From the NCBI GenBank assembly GCA_012295275.1, contig CM022678.1, forward strand, positions 16,058,001 through 16,122,000: a stretch of DNA of 64,000 bases, written 5' to 3'. The translations under genes and the position numbers were made by a program. Below the pieces are notes generated by a model that was not told the DNA's origin, ran no database searches, and saw only the letters and a program-made list of their open reading frames with translations. The stretch comes from Chrysomallon squamiferum (Eukaryota > Animalia > Mollusca). Shown one piece after another: positions 57,767 to 64,000 of the stretch (position 1 is the first letter of the stretch; each line of letters opens with the position of its first letter).

Positions 57767-58984
57767 ATATACATTCATCGACGCACGCGTACATACGCAT
57801 CTATAAAACGTTCAGTTTGTGAATTTTCACTTTCTTATTTAGTAAACAATATTTCCATAGAAAGACATTCTTAATCATTAAATACAGCGATGTAATAGTA
57901 TAACTTTAACTTATTAATTTTATATTTTATGTGCAATATTCTATATTCCGTAACTCTGGTTTCTTGCTTTATATTTTAAATATTTATAAACCATTGTCTA
58001 TTTTTCGGTACAGTGTGTTATGTTTCAGTTTGATATATTAATGTGTCTTTTTCGTATTAATGTATTTTATTTTTATGTTTCACGTTTTATTAAATATTCA
58101 CTGGTATTTGCAACATCATTGTTATCCGTTTCATTTATTAATCTCTAGTTTATAGATTACTCTTTGTGTGTTATTCCTAAAATTAGTTTTACATTCCAGT
58201 CTAATTTTTTTGTCTGTTCAGAGTCATGATTAAACCATTTTGTCCATTTTGAGTACCTTCACATCATATTACCATAAACAAATTCCTATTATTTCATTGT
58301 TATAATTATTATTGTTGTCGGCGATTTTTTAAAACATATCATTCTTCTTTTTTTCTTACTCTTTTTATAAAAATTATTGTTCTGTTGTTCTATATAAGTA
58401 ATTAATGGCGCTTTCTTTTCGTTTCAGTGTCGACAATTCCAATAAAAATGTTGCTAGGTACAGGTTATCCTCTCACAATAAGTTATTATTTGTTTCAGCT
58501 TATTCTCTTTGGGCGTTGTTTAGAATTTTAAGAATTCTGGGTGAATCAATAACGGTTAAATACATTCTGTTTTGATTTAATTAATTCTGTTTCATTCATT
58601 ATTTTTTTTACTGTTTCCTTTGTGCAAGGAAATAGCCTGTGTCCGGATAAATGATTTACATACTATGAATAGTTTCGTTTGTTGCTGCTAGTATTATTGT
58701 TGCCGATCTTTGGTGATGTCGGCGCTGTTGTTGTTGATGTTATATTTTCATAATTCTTTTGTTGGTACTATCGTTTGTATATATTAGTAACGCTTGAGGT
58801 ATAAAACATTATTTTGCTTCTGCGATCATGTAAAAGAAACTCTAGTTCAAAACTAATTTTTTAAAGAGTTTTTAATTCTTAAACGCATATTCATCATTTT
58901 CTTATTGTTTATTTTATCTTTATTTTTCTTCTTCTGATTATTATTTATTTATTTATTTACTTTTCATTTTTTTTTGTTTCAAGA

Positions 58985-59190
58985 AAATGTAAATAACTCG
59001 TTAATGCAAAGACAAATGTAAATAACTGTTACTGTTAGCAAATAATAAAAAGACAAATGTAAATAACTCGTTAATGTAAAGACAAATGTAAATAATTGTT
59101 ACTGTTAGCAATAATAAAAATACAAATATAAATAACGTTTGTTAAATAATGTAAAGACAAATGTAAATAACTCTTCCTGTTAACAAATAA
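58985..59190. repeat. AT-rich tandem repeat, about 3 units of about 70 bp
   Basis: aaatgtaaataactcgttaatg.aaagacaaatgtaaataa.tgttactgttagcaa repeats. Confidence 0.75.
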
Positions 59191-59811
59191 TAAAAATAAA
59201 AAGGTAAATATCGCAATAATACCGAAAGTGTTACTCGTTTCTTTTTCTTTCTTTCCCGAAAACAAATTCGACAAATATTATTAAAAGTTTAAGAAATAAA
59301 TAAAACTATTTTCAGTAGTATATAACTTTACGTTGAAATAAAAGTATTTAGCTGTCATTCAAAACTTGTTTCTAACTAAATCGGATTTCCTGCCGACTGA
59401 ATGCCGTTCGCCTCCCGAGATCTATCAAGTACTAAAATATAAACGATCAGTAAATCGAATATCTCTCCAAACCGAACTTTTCAACGTCGTCTCAACACTT
59501 TTTATAAGTAGCATAATTTATAGTCGTGCTAAGGGAGGTAACTCGTGATAAAAAATGATGTGTCTTATATCTGTGTTCTCTCCCTTATATTATTTATTTA
59601 TGCTGTTTCTGAAAGCTTTTTTCATTTAATTTGCATCTTTTTTCTTTTTTTCTTTCTTGTTTGTACTTTTTAATGATCTTTAAGAATAGTTAATCTGTTT
59701 ACCAGTTAATGGATTTATTTTTCTACTACAGCATGTAATCATCTATCAATCTTTCCTAACCGTAGAACATAAACAGAAAAGTTAAATTCGTAAATTGATT
59801 TGTTATCTCAG

Positions 59812-59908
59812 GTTATTCAAAGACGTATTGACGGAACAGAAGAATTTAACAGAACTTGGATAGAGTATGAAAATGGTTTTGGAAACGTGACAAATGAATT
59901 TTGGCTAG
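59812..59908 (+). CDS. PAN-FReD coding exon 3
   Basis: tctcag| [33 protein letters not shown] |gtgaag contains the hallmark fibrinogen-domain motifs. It is absent from the ORF track. Confidence 0.95.
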
Positions 59909-60270
59909 GTGAAGTATTACAACATATTTAGAGATGAAAAACAATTGATTATAATATGAATTTTTATATATCCTTCTTTTTGTGCGTAAACTATTGACTA
60001 ATTACGTTCATTATTATCAAACATATTAGTATTATTACCAATAGCATTATTATCAGTATCATCATCATTATCAGTATCGTTAATATCAGCTTTATAATTA
60101 TTATCAACAACATTATTATTATCGTTTTCATCATTTTCATCATCTTCATCACCTGTATCATCGACAATATCATTATCTTCATCGCCTTTACCATCATAGT
60201 CTTTATCCATAACGTGGCTATTTCCTGTATTTTTTCTGATGCAGTTTGTGTTTTGTTTTTCCCATTCCAG

Positions 60271-60438
60271 GAAACAAGTACATACACCTGCTGACTCGTG
60301 AGAGACCATTTGAAATTGAGATAAATGTTGAGGACTCTGATGGTAAAACGGCGGTAATCAAATATGGTTTATTTTCTATATCAGACGACACAGATAAATA
60401 CAGACTGAAACTGGAGGGTCGGACTAGCAATGCTGAGG
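60271..60438 (+). CDS. PAN-FReD coding exon 4
   Basis: ttccag| GNKYIHLLTRERPFEIEINVEDSDGKTAVIKYGLFSISDDTDKYRLKLEGRTSNAE |gtaagt, phase 1-1. Confidence 0.95.
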
Positions 60439-60798
60439 GTAAGTGTTTTACTTTCCGACTTGAGAATTTCATACCTAAATATCTGCATACCGAGCTACTT
60501 AATGATAGGTAGATTATATAGATAGACAGATAGACTGACAAACAGACAGACAGATAGGTAGACAGATTGATAGGGAGATAGACATCTAAACTCTCAGACA
60601 GTTAGTTAGCTATGTAGCTAGACAGATAGATAGATAGGTAGATAGATACATATACACACATCATACAACACATACCTTTATACATACACACAGATACACA
60701 TACAAAGGTACGTTGAATCAGAAACCTTAATAACCGAGTGAGTAATTGTAATACTTTGTTTTTTTATTTGTTTGTTTGTCTATTTGTAAAAAATTCAG

Positions 60799-61027
60799 AT
60801 GATTGTTTGAGCTATGTTAGAAACCTGCAGTTTAGTACTACTGGTGTCGACAATGACCGGTATGTAGAGGTGGACTGTGCTGTCAGGTTTGGTGGAGGAT
60901 GGTGGTACGCAAGATGTGTGTATTGCGCACTCAATTCAAAGTACTTAGACGGTGGAATGTATGTAAACTGGTCAACATTTTCCAGACGATTAGCTCGAAC
61001 TGAAATGAAAATAAAACCAAGAGGACT

Positions 61028-61031
<4 letters not shown>
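60799..61031 (+). CDS. PAN-FReD final coding exon
   Basis: ttcag| DDCLSYVRNLQFSTTGVDNDRYVEVDCAVRFGGGWWYARCVYCALNSKY...EMKIKPRGL* contains the FST.D.DND, GGWWY..C and MKIKP motifs. AATAAA lies near 61413. Confidence 0.95.
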
Positions 61032-61118
<87 letters not shown>

Positions 61119-62449
61119 TTACAGTCAGTAATATTTACACATACGTTGTTATGCTTATTTTTATGTTTACGATGTAAGAGGGATAACTCTAGTGATAAGA
61201 AAACAACTATTATGTAGTTTTCTCTTAACAGTATGATATAAGGGGGATAACTCTAGTCATAAGAGAATATTCAACGATATTCAACATCGGTATTCAACGT
61301 ACGTTTAAAGAATGCTAATACATACAGTAAAATTTTACATGCGTTCGTTTTGTCTCTGCTTCTATGTAAAGTTGTTACCAAAAAGTGTTAATAACAACAA
61401 CACACAGTCAAGAATAAAATAAGAAGAAAAAAGTATAGTAGTCTATTTCATTTTGTTAAAGGGTAGTAGTTATTATTTTCTGCGAACATGTATGTATGTA
61501 TGTATGTATATATGTATGTATATATATATGTATACATACACACATACACACATACTCACACACATATATACATATACACAGCTTTTTAAACTTTTCCATA
61601 TGTAATTTTATAATTTTATGAGAATTCTCCTACATCAGAATGTACATGTGTGTGTATGCATCTGTGAGTTTATCTGGGTTTTGTGTACGTTTCTAACGTG
61701 TGTTTGTGTCTGTGTTTGTATGTGTCTGTTCTAATACATGTACATAAATACATGAACACACATAACCACACACATACTCACACACATATGTATGTATGTA
61801 TGTATATAGCCACACAAACAAAACGCAAATGAGATGAATTCACAGACGCATACATACACACACATATAAACACACACACACACAAACACAAACATACAGA
61901 TCACATACACATGTTCTTGTATATATTTCTGTGTGTGCATTTATGTGTGTGTTTCTATTCACTTGTGTTGTGTTTGAAGCTTGTATGTGTGTGTCTGCAC
62001 TGCGTGTGTACTGTACCAAAAATGTTTGCAGAAAGTGTATGTCATGAAGATCACTATAAAAGGTTATAGTGAGTTCACTTAAACACGTAACACATTAAAC
62101 TCTAATTAGTAAATAAATCAAGTAATACAGTTTTAAAATGTTTTAATAAAGCAATCAATTAATTTATCAATCAAAAAGCTTTATTAATTAACCAGTCAGC
62201 CAGTGTTAATATTAAAATTTAACCATCGACAGCATTATTAATGAAGCAATCAAACATTACCATTTAAAAGTTTATTTTTATCAATCTGTAGTAACATTAA
62301 TAACTGTTACTTTCAGAACTGATAATAAAATTTAATAATAAATCACAACACTGTAACGTCATTATGGCCTTTGACAGTTTAAACATCCCAAAATGTTTTC
62401 GTATCATATTTTCATCACGTTGTTCGGCTACAGTTTTAGAACTTTAAGT

Positions 62450-62565
62450 TTAGAATATGACTCCACATCCCGTGGATCCGGTGGTCCTTGGAGTGGTAAA
62501 ACTGTGGTTATTTGGTCTAACTACAGGAGGTTTGGACATTGGTATGCCTACGATTGGTACACTTT
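62450..62565 (-). CDS. Candidate orphan terminal exon: SVPIVGIPMSKPPVVRPNNHSFTTPRTTGSTGCGVIF*
   Basis: A GC-richer island after the acceptor tatatttattttcag|. The phase-1 frame is open for 37 codons, while the other two frames stop early. Confidence 0.4.
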
Positions 62566-63390
62566 CTGAAAATAAATATAACAGTAATAGAACTAATTAA
62601 TCATGGTAGGTATCAGTAGTATCAGTAGTAGTAGTGGTAGTTGTAGCAGCAGTAATAGTAGTAATAATAATAATTTTGTTGTAGTAGTAGTAGCAGTATA
62701 ACAGGTAATATAATAACAAAATTGTAACAGAATAAAATCATTACATAATAACAGATGTAGTTGTTATGATAATAACACAAGTTGAATAATAATAATAATA
62801 ATAACAGTAATGATAAGAGCAGTTTAAAATATTTTTAATTACCTGAAAAAAGTATAAATTTCTTTATATAATTATGTAATGAAAACAAGTTATTTAAAAT
62901 CATCAGAAAAGAAACGAATGTTAATAGACTGGTATGCCTACAAAGAATAAAATTAAAATAAAAACAAATTAAACGACACATTTATTTATATAATGTACGC
63001 AGATTTCTCTCGTTAGTCAGTTTGATTTTCGGTAATCTCGCCATGAAGGAAAACCTGCGTGAGACTGCGAGAGCTAACCCTTCCCTCTTTGAGAGTGTAT
63101 TGTAATTAGAAAGAATTAGCGCTAAGAATAATAACTAATAAATAACTAAATAAGCAAGCAATAGTAGAAGATAAGTAACCTTTTAATAAAAACAAGGACG
63201 TATAACGAAGAAAAAATACTCTATTTTCTTTATTTGATATTAAGAACAAAATAATTTAGTTTTTAGTTATGTACTTTTTTGTCCGAGAAAACTAATTAGA
63301 ATGATAAACAATAATTTAGAAATTTTAGTTTTTCCCGCCCATTTACTGCCATTTCCATTCCATAAGCATTCCAGCGTGAGGTAAGCATAA

Positions 63391-63464
<74 letters not shown>

Positions 63465-63646
63465 TAATAATATTAATAATAAAAATAAATATTATTATTA
63501 TGTTGAATTTTCTTTTTTCGTTAATGCTTCGATTTTTGAAGCTGTAAATTTTATTTTATTTCTTTCTTCTTCTTTTGATTTAAAAAAAAAATCTAGCCAA
63601 GTATAGATATCTCTATGAGTATGTTTTTGCCAGAGTAAATTCTCCT

Positions 63647-63684
<38 letters not shown>

Positions 63685-63720
63685 ATATATACACACACAG
63701 AGATAGAGAGAGAGTAAAAG

Positions 63721-63752
<32 letters not shown>

Positions 63753-63774
63753 TGAGATAGTAATATACATATAC

Positions 63775-63841
<67 letters not shown>

Positions 63842-63844
<3 letters not shown>

Positions 63845-64000
63845 ATCTCTTTTATCAATAATGTTTACTAATGTAATGTGTTAGATCAGTCATTTGTCAC
63901 ATACATGAGACGTTAAACAAGAGAAAAAACAATATAATTATTTCACGTACAAGGTAGGCAGTGTATTAACTGGATACGCACCACTTGCATTTATTGCGAA
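63842..64000 (+). repeat. Paralogous copy of the region just upstream of the PAN-FReD TATA box (53793-53941)
   Basis: atcaataatgtttactaa.gtaat.tgttagatca...tttcacgtacaaggtaggcagtgt.ttaactggat.cgcac.acttgcatt is shared by both positions. Confidence 0.85.

Noticed and set aside
59991-60541. Minus-strand ORFs, including a D/N-rich one
   Set aside because: They are antisense to FReD exon 4 and to an intronic (ATC/ATT)n tract.

Overview
Very AT-rich, microsatellite-dense animal genomic DNA. A mollusc or other lophotrochozoan is plausible from the gene content and repeat style, but that is inference. Almost all six-frame ORFs are microsatellite artefacts. Recognisable content: (1) the 5' end of a minus-strand DCDC2-like doublecortin gene (first coding exon 13150-13472, RFX X-boxes upstream, remaining exons beyond the left edge); (2) a plus-strand gene for a secreted PAN/apple + fibrinogen-related domain protein (54838-61031, five coding exons) with a 1-nt frameshift after the signal peptide, and a second copy of its upstream region starting at the right edge; (3) transposon relics (Tc1, Tigger/pogo, a pogo-type MITE, a solo LTR, SINEs). 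The most unusual feature is 24-51 kb, a mosaic of direct and inverted duplications. It resolves into about 8 copies of a small spliced gene unit: TATTTAA, a short first exon often starting MGxxxS/T, optional phase 1-1 cassette exons, a phase-1 terminal exon and a conserved 3' flank. Introns and flanks stay readily alignable while the exon-encoded peptides are highly divergent. I recognise no family for these peptides. They look like a rapidly diversifying, possibly N-myristoylated micropeptide family undergoing birth-and-death evolution. All of this was read by eye and expression is unproven.
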